DNA of 64,000 nt from contig SMSO01000014.1 in the NCBI GenBank assembly GCA_004764695.1, forward strand, positions 1,111,648 to 1,175,647, in the 5' to 3' direction. The notes beneath the pieces were generated by a model. It was not told the origin of the DNA, did not search any database, and saw only the letters and a list, made by a program, of their open reading frames with translations. This document shows positions 1 through 11,500 of this stretch, in pieces. Position numbers and translations under genes: made by a program. The stretch's first letter is position 1. Each line of letters begins with the position of its first letter. Source of the stretch: Schizochytrium sp. TIO01. Taxonomy: Eukaryota; Protista; Bigyra: Labyrinthulomycetes.

Positions 1-1277
1 ATGAAAGGATTGTTGTAATGGGGGGCATCTCTACTGTGTGCACGAACGAGGGAAGTTGTATTTCTAGTGTAAGTGTCTGTTTGATAAGCGAAAGAAAGAG
101 AAAAGAATCCTCAACGCTCTCTGAAGAAATCCTGTTATAAAAAGAAATACTTGACAATTTGATTATTTCTTTGCTGTTGTGTTGATGCGAGTAACCGGGC
201 AGGTGGTTTCGCTCTGGCGCACGGTGGGCTTCCAAATAATAGCAGCATATTCACAGTTGACTGCCGACTTCTGCTGGTACTGCCAGTGCCGGTTGAGGCC
301 CTCTACGCAAAAAAAGAAACACGCACAAAGCGGGCTCTGTACAATGTTGGATTTCTTTTTACAATATGTAGGTTTAGGTAGTAGCTACCTAGTCCCTTTT
401 TCCTTCTTTTAATATTCACACTGTCTATTAGTATTATTATTAGTACCCAATGAAAACTCTTTACAGTATAGACTGTTATTATAAATAATGAATTAATGCT
501 AGTAGTCACTTGTTTGTTTTCAATAATTTTAGTTTTTTAAAAGACTGGAATTAAAAATTTAAATTAAAAAAAGCACTCAAAGTTGAACTGCGTGCTGCAA
601 TCACTCAACTCTGGAGACCCGCCGCCATCTAGTCGCGTGCGGGCTCGAGGAGACCGACCAGTTGGCGGTCAAGGTAGGTTCATGGTGGAGGCCGATTCCT
701 GGCAGGGTGGCGGTTTGCCATCTCTCCTGGGGAATTTGCGTACGTGCTCATCAGCCACGGCAGTGCCATTGAGTCGACGCGTGCACAGCGAAAGAGGGAG
801 AAAAGGAGAAGAAAAAGCAGTAGCTGGAGAAGGGAAGAACCAGCGCGTGCCGCGCCGATGATGTATAACTTGATCAATGGATTGGCACGTAAAACACCAA
901 AGCTACAACTGCTTGGCGAGACGGTGTTTGACGGAGGACAACACGTTATTAGGAAACTAAGGGAGGCGGTGAATGAAGCAGTAGTAGCAAGAACAACTAA
1001 CCAGTTCGAGAGACGCACGCACGACGGACTGCTTTTTTTAAATTATTTGTTTTTTCCATTCTCTTCGTTTGTGGTTTGCGTACCTTTTCGCGATAACGCA
1101 GAAGACAAGCACAAATCTGGCTTGGGTCAGACATCATAGCGAGGACAGTTGACTCCCGTTTTTTGTGGCGTTGAGTATTATTGCTGACTTGCTCTAACTG
1201 CTTTGAAGGGAAAGCAGTTGGAATTCGTGTTATTTGCTGTTGATATTGTTATTGTGTACTGAAAACTTTCCGGCACC

Positions 1278-4103
1278 ATGGAGAAGCGTGTGATTCGCAA
1301 GGGCGAGGAGGATGACCTCGTCCTTCTCAACAACATCAATGAGAAGGAGGTGGTTAACACCCTTGAGCGTCGTTTCGCTAAAGATGCCATCTACACTCGG
1401 ATTGGCCCTGTGTTGGTCAGTGTCAACCCTTTCAAGGACATTCGCGGTCTCTACTCCATGGACATGATGCGCAAATACTATGGTCGCTTCCAGTTCGAGC
1501 TTGCACCGCACGTTTTTGGCGTTGCCGAAGAAGCATATCGGTCGCTCCTCTCCACTCACTCAAACCAGGCCATCCTCATCAGTGGTGAGTCTGGTGCTGG
1601 TAAGACTGAAGCCGCAAAGAAGATTATGGAATACATTGCCGCTGTCTCGAAAGACCGCGCCGAGGTGTCCTCTGATATCTCTGTTGGTGAAATCAAGGAC
1701 GCCCTTCTCAAGAGTAACCCTGTGCTCGAGTCTTTCGGTAACGCCAAGACGCTCCGTAATGACAACAGTTCTCGTTTCGGTAAGCTGATGCGTATCTTTT
1801 TGGACTACGACGGTGTGCCTCTTGGTGGTGCTATTAGTACTTACCTCCTCGAGAAAGCTCGCGTGGTGTCCCAGACTGAGGGTGAGCGTAACTTTCACAT
1901 CTTCTACCAGCTTTGCGCTTCTGGCGTCAAGAGCCAGCTTCGTCTTAAGGACGCGGGTTCTTACAACTACACCAGCACTACCACCTCTGTGGATTCCATT
2001 AACGACTCATCTGACTTCAAGGAAATGGACAGTGCCATGGATGCCGTTGGAGTTGGCCCTGAGAAGATGGAGTTTTACAAGATCGTGGCTGGTATCATGC
2101 ACCTTGGTAATGTGGACTTTGATGCCAAGCGCGATGCTTGCGACGTCTCTGGTCGTAGCAGCGGCTCTCTTGAGGATGCAGCCTCGCTCTTTGGTATGGA
2201 CTCTCGCGACCTCGCGCGTGCGCTCACTCACAAAACCATTCAGTCTCGTATTGAGACCGTCACAAGTCCTCTCACCACCGTCGATGAGTGCCGCAAGTCT
2301 CGTGATGCACTCGCCAAGGCCATCTACTCACGTGCATTTAGTAAGCTCGTTGATATGATCAACGTGGGCATTCACGCCAAACTGCAAGATCTCACTCTCG
2401 GAATTCTCGATATTTACGGTTTCGAGATTATGAAGCATAACAGCTTCGAACAGCTCTGTATCAACCTCACCAATGAGAAGCTTCAGCAGCTCTTCATTGA
2501 GCTTACCCTGCGTGCCGAACAGGAGGAATATGCTCGCGAAGGTATTCAATGGGTCCCCATCGAGTACTTTGACAACAAGATCGTGTGTGAGCTCATTGAA
2601 AGCCGTCGTCCCGCAGGTATCTTTCAGCTCCTCGATGACGAAGCTTTGCGCCCCGGTGGTAACGACAAGGCTCTCATCGGCAACCTCAACTCAAACCTCG
2701 GTCGTCACCCGCACTACGTCTCCCTTGAGACCCGCACCAAGAATGACCTTTCCGAGTTTACTATTCGCCACTACGCTGGTGATGTGACCTACAGTACCGA
2801 AGGTATGCTCGATAAGCACGTCGATACCCTCTTCCGCGACCTCATTATGGTTGCAGGACGTGGCTCTCACAACCCATTTCTCAACGACCTCTTCCCCGAG
2901 GCCAACCAACCTCCCAGCGGCAAGCGGCCCATTACTGCCGGTACCGCCTTCGTGCGTGATCTCGGTTTGCTGATCGACGAGCTCCACGAGTCAGAGCCTC
3001 ATTATGTCCGTACCATCAAGTCTAACGAGACTAGGCGTAACATCTTTGACCGCGATCTTGTGGAGTTTCAGGTTCGCTACCTCGGTCTCGTGGAGAACAT
3101 TCGCGTTCGCCGTGCAGGTTTTGCGTACCGCTCGGACTACAACTTCTTTTTTCGCCACTACCGCATGACTTGCGATGCAACCTGGCCTTTTGGATCCAGA
3201 AACTCGCAAAGAGATACTCGCACGATTCTCAACTCGCTTGGAATTTCTGAGTTTCAGGAGGGTAAAACCAAGGTTTTCATTCGTGAGCCTGGTGATGTCT
3301 TTAAGTTGGAAATGGCTCGTGAGAAGGGTCTTAACATGGTCGCTGGTATTATTCAGAAGGCTTACCGTGCCTTCAAGGCCCGCTTGTACTTCTTGCGTCT
3401 TCGCGAGAAGAGTGTACAGCTCCTCAACCACCAGAAGCGCCGCCGCGCTAGTTATGTGTTCTACTTCCTTGGCGACTACATTGATGCCCAGCACAACGAC
3501 GCTATTGCCTCTCAGATTCAGGGCAGAGTTCGTTTTGCCGAGAACGTGATGCTCGTTGACGCCAAGGGCCGCAAGATCCCGCATGTTTTGGTGGTGACCC
3601 GTGGCAACTTTTACATTTTCCAGTCTCTTACCTTCAAGCCGATTGTCGCTTGCGCAATCCGTGATATCCAGAGGTTCACAATGTCCTCTTACGCTGACGG
3701 TTACATGGCGGTAGACCTCGCTTCTGAGAAGCCTGAGCAGACCTACATCTTCGAGAGCATGCGTAAGGCAGAGATTGCCACTATGCTTCATGAGGAAGGC
3801 ATCAAAATCAACTTTGAGGATGAGTTCCTTGTGACTGTCATCACGAAGTCCTTCTTCGGTAAGAAGATTCTCCAGAAGACCCTTCGCTTCACCGAGGGCA
3901 ACCTTCCGACTGGCGCTACTCGTCTCCTTGTCACCAAGAAGGACGGTGTCAACCCTAAGCTCGAAATGGCTATCGAAGTTGCTCCTGATCTCGCTTCTCA
4001 GGCTAAGATCCAGCTCGACGAAGATGTTCTTTCGCGCGTGCAGATTCACAAGACCGCTCACGGCGTTGCCAAAAAGGTCCCTTACAAGAACTTCCGCTAC
4101 TAA
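1278..4103 (+). CDS. MYO1: Class I myosin (motor, one IQ, TH1 tail; no SH3), intronless, 941 aa
   Basis: P-loop GESGAGKT, switch I NDNSSRFGK, switch II DIYGFE (myosin-I type), DALAKAIY, IQ motif IIQKAYRAFKAR, basic TH1-like tail; strongly biased codon usage. Confidence 0.95.
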   Translation: MEKRVIRKGEEDDLVLLNNINEKEVVNTLERRFAKDAIYTRIGPVLVSVNPFKDIRGLYSMDMMRKYYGRFQFELAPHVFGVAEEAYRSLLSTHSNQAILISGESGAGKTEAAKKIMEYIAAVSKDRAEVSSDISVGEIKDALLKSNPVLESFGNAKTLRNDNSSRFGKLMRIFLDYDGVPLGGAISTYLLEKARVVSQTEGERNFHIFYQLCASGVKSQLRLKDAGSYNYTSTTTSVDSINDSSDFKEMDSAMDAVGVGPEKMEFYKIVAGIMHLGNVDFDAKRDACDVSGRSSGSLEDAASLFGMDSRDLARALTHKTIQSRIETVTSPLTTVDECRKSRDALAKAIYSRAFSKLVDMINVGIHAKLQDLTLGILDIYGFEIMKHNSFEQLCINLTNEKLQQLFIELTLRAEQEEYAREGIQWVPIEYFDNKIVCELIESRRPAGIFQLLDDEALRPGGNDKALIGNLNSNLGRHPHYVSLETRTKNDLSEFTIRHYAGDVTYSTEGMLDKHVDTLFRDLIMVAGRGSHNPFLNDLFPEANQPPSGKRPITAGTAFVRDLGLLIDELHESEPHYVRTIKSNETRRNIFDRDLVEFQVRYLGLVENIRVRRAGFAYRSDYNFFFRHYRMTCDATWPFGSRNSQRDTRTILNSLGISEFQEGKTKVFIREPGDVFKLEMAREKGLNMVAGIIQKAYRAFKARLYFLRLREKSVQLLNHQKRRRASYVFYFLGDYIDAQHNDAIASQIQGRVRFAENVMLVDAKGRKIPHVLVVTRGNFYIFQSLTFKPIVACAIRDIQRFTMSSYADGYMAVDLASEKPEQTYIFESMRKAEIATMLHEEGIKINFEDEFLVTVITKSFFGKKILQKTLRFTEGNLPTGATRLLVTKKDGVNPKLEMAIEVAPDLASQAKIQLDEDVLSRVQIHKTAHGVAKKVPYKNFRY

Positions 4104-4841
4104 GCCTCACTCTCTGTTTTTGTCTTGACAATGTCCAGATGTTGTTTGTGTGGATCCTGTCGTTTTTTCATTTGTGGTGTTTTCCAAGCAATATTACATC
4201 GTCGGGACACTCTTGTCTTCGCGACGCTCATTTGATCTCGCATTAATAGTGCTGACCATGTTGTTTGTTTCATTTTCTAGCTTTTCTATTCTGCCAAATA
4301 CTCTTCTTGTTTGCACATTATTGTCTCTTTAGCGCTCGCTCACTCAATAACGTTTATTTTCACATCCTTGACATTTAATTTAGGAAGTATTCCAATGCCA
4401 TATCCAATAGCAGAGAACTTGTTTCGTGCTTCTGCTCTTCTGGATATAGTTTATCTATCTTCATCAAGTTCGGGCTACAGCAAACAAACTGTACTTGCTC
4501 GAATCGAATATCGGTATTGCGAAATTTGTTGCGTTTTTGCTTACTCACCTTCTGAAAGGAAAAAAAGAAGATGTTTTCCTTATTACTTTTAATTAATTTT
4601 TTTTAAATAAAAAAATAAAAGGAGCCCAAGTCTGTTTTTCAAATCCTTTAAGGATTCACAGATGTCTGTTGTTCGCACGATTGTTGTCAAATCCGCATGT
4701 AAGGGAAACAAGTTAAGGAGGAGTTGAAGGCAGTGACGACAAAACCAAATACGGACCTGCGTTCTCGAGACTCATTCCATTTTCGCTGTCAACTTTGATA
4801 CTTGAAGGACAAGGCATCATCAAATTTGAATTCTTGGGGCG

Positions 4842-5751
4842 ATGACGTATCTTCTCGTACGCAGCGATCTTGTACGAGCTGGTGATGAGTTTGGCGCTTT
4901 GGTTCGAGAAGAAGAGGGAATTCGACCTGTGGCGCGTCTCGTGCCTGATTTTGTGGTGCCGAGTGCAGGATGCGCTGTAATCATTCTCAGGCAAATGAAC
5001 GTAAACAGCACAACAGGTTCTCAACAAAATGGCGGTAGCGCCAAAAATTGTATGGAGGGCATTCAGCGATTGAAGGGATTTAAGCTAGGAATTGCAATAA
5101 TCATTGGAGACAAGGTACATGACCGAGAGTGTCTCCTGGCTCCATGGCCAGACAATGTACATGTTTTCCCCCATGCAGACAATGCTCAAACCCTCTTTCT
5201 AAGCATTAACAGGGTACGTGAATTGTTACACCCTGTGGAACTTTGAACAATGTCTGGTGTACTAATTTTGTCTTGAGTAACTTTATCATGCTACACAGAT
5301 TGCGAAACAGGTCCACGGAACCAAGCTGAAGAGTGCCAAGCTCTGGCTTGAAAAGGAACGTGAAAATATATCTGCCCATGCTTCGGATCAGCGGATGGCT
5401 GTAAGTCCACAAATATCAAAGTTGGGTCATAGGTGGGAAAATAATCTAACAATGCCTTGGATTGGCCTTGTAACATCATATCATGGATGGCCCATCCATC
5501 TTGATCTCGATGAGCAAACAATTTTTTTATTCTTATTTTTTCAATAATGTTATCACGACACTTAACAGGTGATCATGAGCATGCTCCCAGTGGACCGTGG
5601 GGAGGCCCAGGTGTTAATGGATGTTTGCGAGAATATTGAAACACTTGTGCACATGAGCGAGGCAGAAATAACTGCAAATACGCCGCTGTCCACAGAAGCG
5701 GCCATACGAATCACCAACTTCTTTAAAGTCAATAACAAGATTCTTCACTAA
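4842..5751 (+). CDS. ERCC1-like/HhH2 protein resembling SPO16 (C1orf146)/plant PARTING DANCERS; 3 exons, ~218 aa
   Basis: Exons 4842-5213, 5299-5400, 5569-5751. Introns gtacgt..tactaat..cag and gtaagt..cag are both phase 0 and join into one open frame. C-terminus MLPVDRGEAQVLMDVCENIETLVHMSEAEITANTPLSTEAAIRITNFF fits the PTD/SPO16 HhH2 pattern as I recall it. Confidence 0.65.
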
Positions 5752-5978
5752 CAACTCAGCCGGCACTGGCAAACAATTTTCCTGCCAGATTAGCCCTGAG
5801 AGAATGAAAAATGTGCACACAAGTGCATGACAGTCCATCTCTGCATGATGTGTACCAACGCCACACATACTAAGAGCCAACTATTAATAATCTAAAAACA
5901 TAATCGTTGTAATCTCTGTCTTTTGTCTACGCCACAAGTTCAAATAACCACAACGAGTCATCCACAATCTCAAGACCC

Positions 5979-6920
5979 TTACGCCGAAGTTACATCCTCG
6001 GAGGTTTCAGCTGGAACAGTGAGAGCCTTGGCGAGTTTGGCAATACCATCAACCCCGACACGGCAGCAGCCTCCAAGCAGAGCGATTTGCTTGTGTTCCT
6101 TTGCCCATACGGAAAGCATATTAGCGAAGTCGTCCTCCGTAACACCAGATGCAGGGACCCAAACCCGGTTGATATATGCTTCACCACTGTTCGGGTACAC
6201 TACAAGAGGCTGCTCAGGAGCGACCTGGGAAGCGATTTCGAGAGCTTTGGCAGCAGCAGGTGGGGCAGTGCAGTTAATTCCAGCAATGTCTACAAGCTTG
6301 GCATCACGCAAGAACTCCATGGCCTCCTTAAAGGACTCCCCACTGTTAAGTTCCCCCTCAGTGTTAAGAGACATGGAAACCCAAACCTTGATGTTTTCAG
6401 GAAGGGGAGCGCACTCTTCAAGCGTGCGAACGACAGCGCGGACCTCCTGCATGCTCGGGAGAGTCTCAAAGGCGATGAAATCCGGGAGGCACTTATCGTC
6501 AGCTACAAGCGCCTTCAGACGTTCAACGTGAAACTGAACAAGGTGGTCTTCATCAACGCCAAAGTTTCCAGTGTACTCGCTGCCGTTTGCGAGAGTCGCG
6601 CCAAAGCTGCCAAGGCTGGCAGCCACCTTGCGGCCGTCAACGCCTCCTGCAGCTTTGCGCGCCACAGCGACACCCTGACGCATAATTTCTGCAGCCTCGT
6701 CATGGGAGACGCCAAGTTCTTCGAAGCCCTTGAAGCTGAATTGGTACGTCGCAGTCGTGACAACGTTGGCTCCAGCTTCGTAAAAGTCGCGGTGGACTGC
6801 CTCGAGCACGCTCGGGTCATCCCTGAGCATGCGTGCTGACCAGAGCGAATCAGTCCCAGTGAGTTCGACGCCGCGCTGCTCCAGCGCCGTGCCGAGGCCT
6901 CCATCGAGAACGAGAACCAT
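5979..6920 (-). CDS. mmuM: Homocysteine S-methyltransferase (HMT/MmuM family), 313 aa
   Basis: LVLDGGLGTALE, LWSARML, GSEYTG, FETLPS, Zn ligands GINC and GGCCR, VYPNSGE. Confidence 0.95.
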   Translation of the reverse strand: MVLVLDGGLGTALEQRGVELTGTDSLWSARMLRDDPSVLEAVHRDFYEAGANVVTTATYQFSFKGFEELGVSHDEAAEIMRQGVAVARKAAGGVDGRKVAASLGSFGATLANGSEYTGNFGVDEDHLVQFHVERLKALVADDKCLPDFIAFETLPSMQEVRAVVRTLEECAPLPENIKVWVSMSLNTEGELNSGESFKEAMEFLRDAKLVDIAGINCTAPPAAAKALEIASQVAPEQPLVVYPNSGEAYINRVWVPASGVTEDDFANMLSVWAKEHKQIALLGGCCRVGVDGIAKLAKALTVPAETSEDVTSA

Positions 6921-7699
6921 CTTCGGTATGTATTCAGTGAATTGCCTTGCTTAAGTTGCAATTGTCAAATCGGCTTGACAAAGGGCTTTGCTTTACGAGT
7001 TTGCTGCACTTCGGGAGCGCATTTGGGCGCAAAGCATTCATTCCACTTTGTTACTTCTAGAGATTCGGGTAGCATGCCTTTCAGTGCTGCGATTGGAAGG
7101 AAGACCCTTTCTTGGTTACGACTCTCGGCGAGAGATCACAAATATGGCATTCATAGTACTACCTCAGACTACCTCTCTGACCAGAGCAACTTGAAGAACG
7201 CCTCGCCGCCTCGATGTATGCGCACCAAGATTGACCTGCATCAGGTTGATCAGTGTCAAGAAGGAAACAATGAAAGTCCAGAATGCATTTCTGCTGCTGG
7301 TTGGCGTTCTTCTTGAGAAAGCCTTGCGCAAACGCCTGAACTCCCAGGAGTCTCGAGGGTGTCGCGTGTCCAAAGCAAAGTCTGCACTACCTAATTAGCA
7401 TGTGTGATTGACTTAGAGGTAGGTACTATTAGGTAGATAGGTAGGCTGCTGCCTCCTGAAGGAATGCAAGATTTGCAGGTGAAGCATTTCCAAGAGCTAG
7501 CTATCACGATCTATCTTGCTTTGGAAAATTTCAATGCAATCAAGGAATTATACAGGCAAGGTAGAGATAAAGATATAGTATGTGCAGGATATATTTATGC
7601 TATGTAGTATAGTACTATGGAGTTTAAATGCATGATCTATTTTTGATGTGCAGAAACACGCTCTGCGAGCAGTTGATAAGGCAGTTCTGGTTGGCTTAC

Positions 7700-10078
7700 T
7701 CAACCATGGACGATGACCTTAACATGACCAGTGTGATCAACGACCTGGAATGGGGTTCCACTATCAAAGACGCGAAACCACAATGCAAAGAGGATCACAG
7801 AGAGAAAGGACGACAACACCGAAATAATGACTAGAACACCATACATTGACGCCTCACCTAGGCAAAGTGCAACTAAAGTAATTAATACGGTGCACGAAGT
7901 ACGCACAGTCAATTGACAGTTTAAAATTGTAGAGACATGCTCCTCCTCGACCCACTCACGGAGAAGCTTGGCATGAACGAGTGCAAACGCGCGCAAAGGT
8001 GGTCCGGATAGCACCAAAACAACCATTAAGAAGAGAACAGAAGCCTTAGATGTAGAACTGAATAAAACAAATCCCAAAAGTGCCGGGAAGGAAGTAGACC
8101 ATAGAACCCATGTTGTTAAGGATGCAGTGCGAGCTAAAGAGCCCGTCCAGCGGTGAATGTACTTCACAAAAGTTACTAAACCACACGAGAAGCATCGAAG
8201 TCCGAGCAACAGACCAATTATCCACACAGGCAAACGCCGCCAGCGCAAATAAGTCAATGAAAGTAAGCCAAGGTCCAAAACTGACAGATTTAGTACAGCA
8301 TAGGACAGGCTAGCCAGAAACACTGGACTTTGAATGTAAATACGCCACCGCTTTAACCATCGCTTCAGCTTTTCCAAGCGAGGTTGACGCGGCGCCACTC
8401 CAATTGGGTGATAAATGCTGCGGCTATCATAGGGATCAAAAAATGTCACACTTGTGTCGAGGGGTGGGCGCTCTGTTCGAAGGGCAGTCTCTGTATGGTA
8501 TGCGAGCCGAAAACATGAGGTTTCAAGAATTCCGCACAAAATTTGCCAGAATATAGCGGTCTCTAGCGCAATGAAAAGTGCCTGCTGAGGATTACCAAGA
8601 TCTAAAACAAGACCAAACAGAATAGGAGAACTCACATAAGCAGCGGTATGAACTCGGCTCAAGTGTACCTTCAAGGCTACTACTGAAGCATCTATTGTGT
8701 CTCGAGCCATAATACTGTCAGTGCCTGCTGCACCATACACGAGCTCAGGCTCAAAATCTACATGATCTTGTGTTTGGCTCTGCCCCTCCTCAGATGAAGC
8801 AAAGTCATCACCTTCGTCTTCGCTAGGTGTTAAGCTGCCCAGGGGGCTTAACAAGGAAGATGCTTGGTTTTTAGCAAACGTTGACTTGGCATGCGTCTGT
8901 TGATCATAATACCCTTCCTCGTGGGTTACTGCATGAGTCATACTAAATGGTGCTGATGCAACTAGACGGGACCAGTCTTTTCGAATAAGAGAGCTACGTG
9001 CTGATCGGGCTACGATACTTAACGAAATGCAAGTCACAAGGATAGCAAACCACAAGAGTGGTGACCCGTGAAGAAGCTGTGGGTGCGATCCTGTTAATGT
9101 GGCATCAAGCGCTGGATCTTCCGCATCATGAGACCCTTCTTCAAAAATCCACGGGTTTGCGCCGCTTTTGCCTAGATCAAGCCGAGAAGAAGTTGGTGCA
9201 GGGGGGTCGGGAGTTGGCAAAAATGTTGGCGCCATAGTTGGCTCTGGGGGTAGGGTGCTGTCAGATGCAGACGGAAGCGGAGTACTCCTGTCTGCCGCAC
9301 CTTTGCTACGGCTGTGTTTCGAATTTTGCACAATTATTCCTTCTTGGTGAAGATTCACAAGTGCGCCGGGAAATGCATCACGCGTGAGTAAAAATATCAT
9401 ACCTAAAGCTAAAAGAGCGCAGACCCTTTCAATGGCAACCAATGTAAGTGCACACGTCAGCCGGTCGACTTGCATGATGCGAGGCACAACGCGATGCACT
9501 AAGACGTATCCGACACACGTGCTACACAAAACGATTGTTGCAGCCGGAACAAGGGAGTCAGGGTAAACTGCTATAAGTACCACTGCAAGAACCAAATCAA
9601 GCGTTGCTGCGCAAGATGACGACAGAAACTGGGCAACACGAAGAACTCGCCGTGCACACGTGTACGGGTTCACGGACGGTCTGAACTGTTTATAAATAGA
9701 TGGTCGCACATAGCCATACTCGCCTGTAGGTGAAGACCTTGCCATTTGGGATCTCCTTTGGTCATTGTTTGCTCTCGCCCGAAGACGTTCCCGAAGTAGG
9801 ATACCGCTTGGAATACATCCTAGAGCGCCAACAAACAGCGTTGAGCCAATCCAGCTTCCCCGAATAATGCAAATTTCTTGGTCTATAGGTTCGCCAAGGT
9901 CTTGGATTGTGAGCAGAAGGCAAGGGGACACGAAACCAAGGAGTGTGGCGCATAGCAAAGTAGCGATTATAAGGACAACTGTCTCCAGTTGCCTGGCTGC
10001 TCGCGACCTCCCAAACGCAGAAATACCCTTCATTTCATCCACAAAGAAGTATGAGATCAACGTACGATGAACCTTCAC
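7700..10078 (-). CDS. Divergent ferroportin (SLC40/FPN1)-like MFS membrane protein, up to 792 aa
   Basis: Multiple TM helices. Family-like segments LIRKDWSRLV, LSRVHTAAYVSSPILFGLVL and YIQSPVFLASLSYAVLNLSVLDLGLLSLTYLRWR...GSLARTASLTTW. Long Pro-rich and acidic loop insertions; start codon uncertain. Confidence 0.7.
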   Translation of the reverse strand: MKVHRTLISYFFVDEMKGISAFGRSRAARQLETVVLIIATLLCATLLGFVSPCLLLTIQDLGEPIDQEICIIRGSWIGSTLFVGALGCIPSGILLRERLRARANNDQRRSQMARSSPTGEYGYVRPSIYKQFRPSVNPYTCARRVLRVAQFLSSSCAATLDLVLAVVLIAVYPDSLVPAATIVLCSTCVGYVLVHRVVPRIMQVDRLTCALTLVAIERVCALLALGMIFLLTRDAFPGALVNLHQEGIIVQNSKHSRSKGAADRSTPLPSASDSTLPPEPTMAPTFLPTPDPPAPTSSRLDLGKSGANPWIFEEGSHDAEDPALDATLTGSHPQLLHGSPLLWFAILVTCISLSIVARSARSSLIRKDWSRLVASAPFSMTHAVTHEEGYYDQQTHAKSTFAKNQASSLLSPLGSLTPSEDEGDDFASSEEGQSQTQDHVDFEPELVYGAAGTDSIMARDTIDASVVALKVHLSRVHTAAYVSSPILFGLVLDLGNPQQALFIALETAIFWQILCGILETSCFRLAYHTETALRTERPPLDTSVTFFDPYDSRSIYHPIGVAPRQPRLEKLKRWLKRWRIYIQSPVFLASLSYAVLNLSVLDLGLLSLTYLRWRRLPVWIIGLLLGLRCFSCGLVTFVKYIHRWTGSLARTASLTTWVLWSTSFPALLGFVLFSSTSKASVLFLMVVLVLSGPPLRAFALVHAKLLREWVEEEHVSTILNCQLTVRTSCTVLITLVALCLGEASMYGVLVIISVLSSFLSVILFALWFRVFDSGTPFQVVDHTGHVKVIVHG

Positions 10079-11500
10079 AGATCCCGTACGCAGGGAGTTC
10101 TGTGCACGCTACGTTTTGCGAGCGGTTCGACGAACAACACGGGTCGAAGACTACTAAAGACACGTCAGTGAGCTCAGTGACGGATGATCCAACCAAACAA
10201 TTAGTCACCTGATTAATTAACGGGCGCAGCAAGCAGCTGGTCGACACCAGAACCACCAGCTGCAGCCGAGTAGACTGCTGGTGCCTCTATTCTGCCACCG
10301 CGGCGCCCAGGATGATTCGCGGAGTTCCCACCAGAGAATCGGCGCTGGGCTTGCGGCACCTTGCGATTTGCTCGAATCTCGCCGCCAAGAACGAGGTTTT
10401 ATGTAACAATTAAGCCTAAGATTGTGAGCCGCATTTATGCATTAATATGTGACAAATGAGTTGTTTGTCACAGAAGATACATGTGGAGTCAGAAAAAAAA
10501 TCGTTTTTCAAGAAATCTGAGTAAGACGACTTGCTCTAGAGAATAAAGCTTTCTGTACAGCAACAAGAGGTTGAATAGCCTTTTATCCACTGCCATGGTC
10601 GTGACAAATGAATGGGCGTTAGCAGAAACATCAATCGCATGAAGTCTAGTCTCGGGTTTAGTATCTGGTGAACACCCCTTCTGGATTAAAAACGATTGCC
10701 TCAAATGTTTTGGTACAAGACTGAAGTTTTGGCCAGTAGAAACACACCCCTTAGCCTAGTTTTGATACGCCTTGCAAAACAAGCAGCAAAGATGTTTGAT
10801 AGTCAGTTTACAATGCTATATAATACAAAAGCACCCTTGCACCCATAAGAATTGCGGCGAAATGCGTATTGGGATAAACATAAAAAACTTCTCAACCGCA
10901 GATTTCGCACCTCTGCTTGGTAGAGTGCTGCGCAGGCAGATATTTAAGAGTGGACTGGGAGAGTGCAGTGACTTCAGGGATCTCTTGAAGTTTTCAAGGT
11001 ATTCAATTAAACAGGTTTTAAATCACAAACGATCTGGTTTTAGTGGGCTATTTTTTGGCACATGTACGTAGTCCAAAGTTCAAAGACCCAAATTCTGAGC
11101 TTGTAAGTCTTCAGTGTAAGGTATCAACCACCCAAAGCAATAGCTCTCCACGAGCCGGGGCAAGCAAAGTCTGCTGATCGATTAGTATATGGTGTAACCA
11201 TCTTCTAGATGCATCATAGATATCTCTCTACAACTTTCCCGGACAGGATTTCATTTGGTCAGAACTTTTCCAGCAGTTGGGGGCTTTACTGTCGGTAGTG
11301 ATCAACGCATTCGCAATATCTGTCTTTCACCACATGATGCACTTCATGCACTAACGCAAATGCAAATCCAACCAAACGCCGACTACTCTGGTTGCGAAGC
11401 AGCATGCACAAACCCCATTCTCCCGAACATCCAAATCCGCATTGCTGCCGCTGATACCCCCCACCAGGTTCTTATTCTCGCCCCATTCTTCCAATAGTAG

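Noticed and set aside
2991-4061. 356-aa antisense ORF, and similar shadows such as 6087-6839 + and 5923-6531 +
   Set aside because: These are antisense shadows of strongly codon-biased genes (myosin, HMT) with no recognisable motifs.
10401-10414. ATGTAACAATT(T)AAG shared with 56806-56820
   Set aside because: Only two AT-rich occurrences in 64 kb, compatible with chance.
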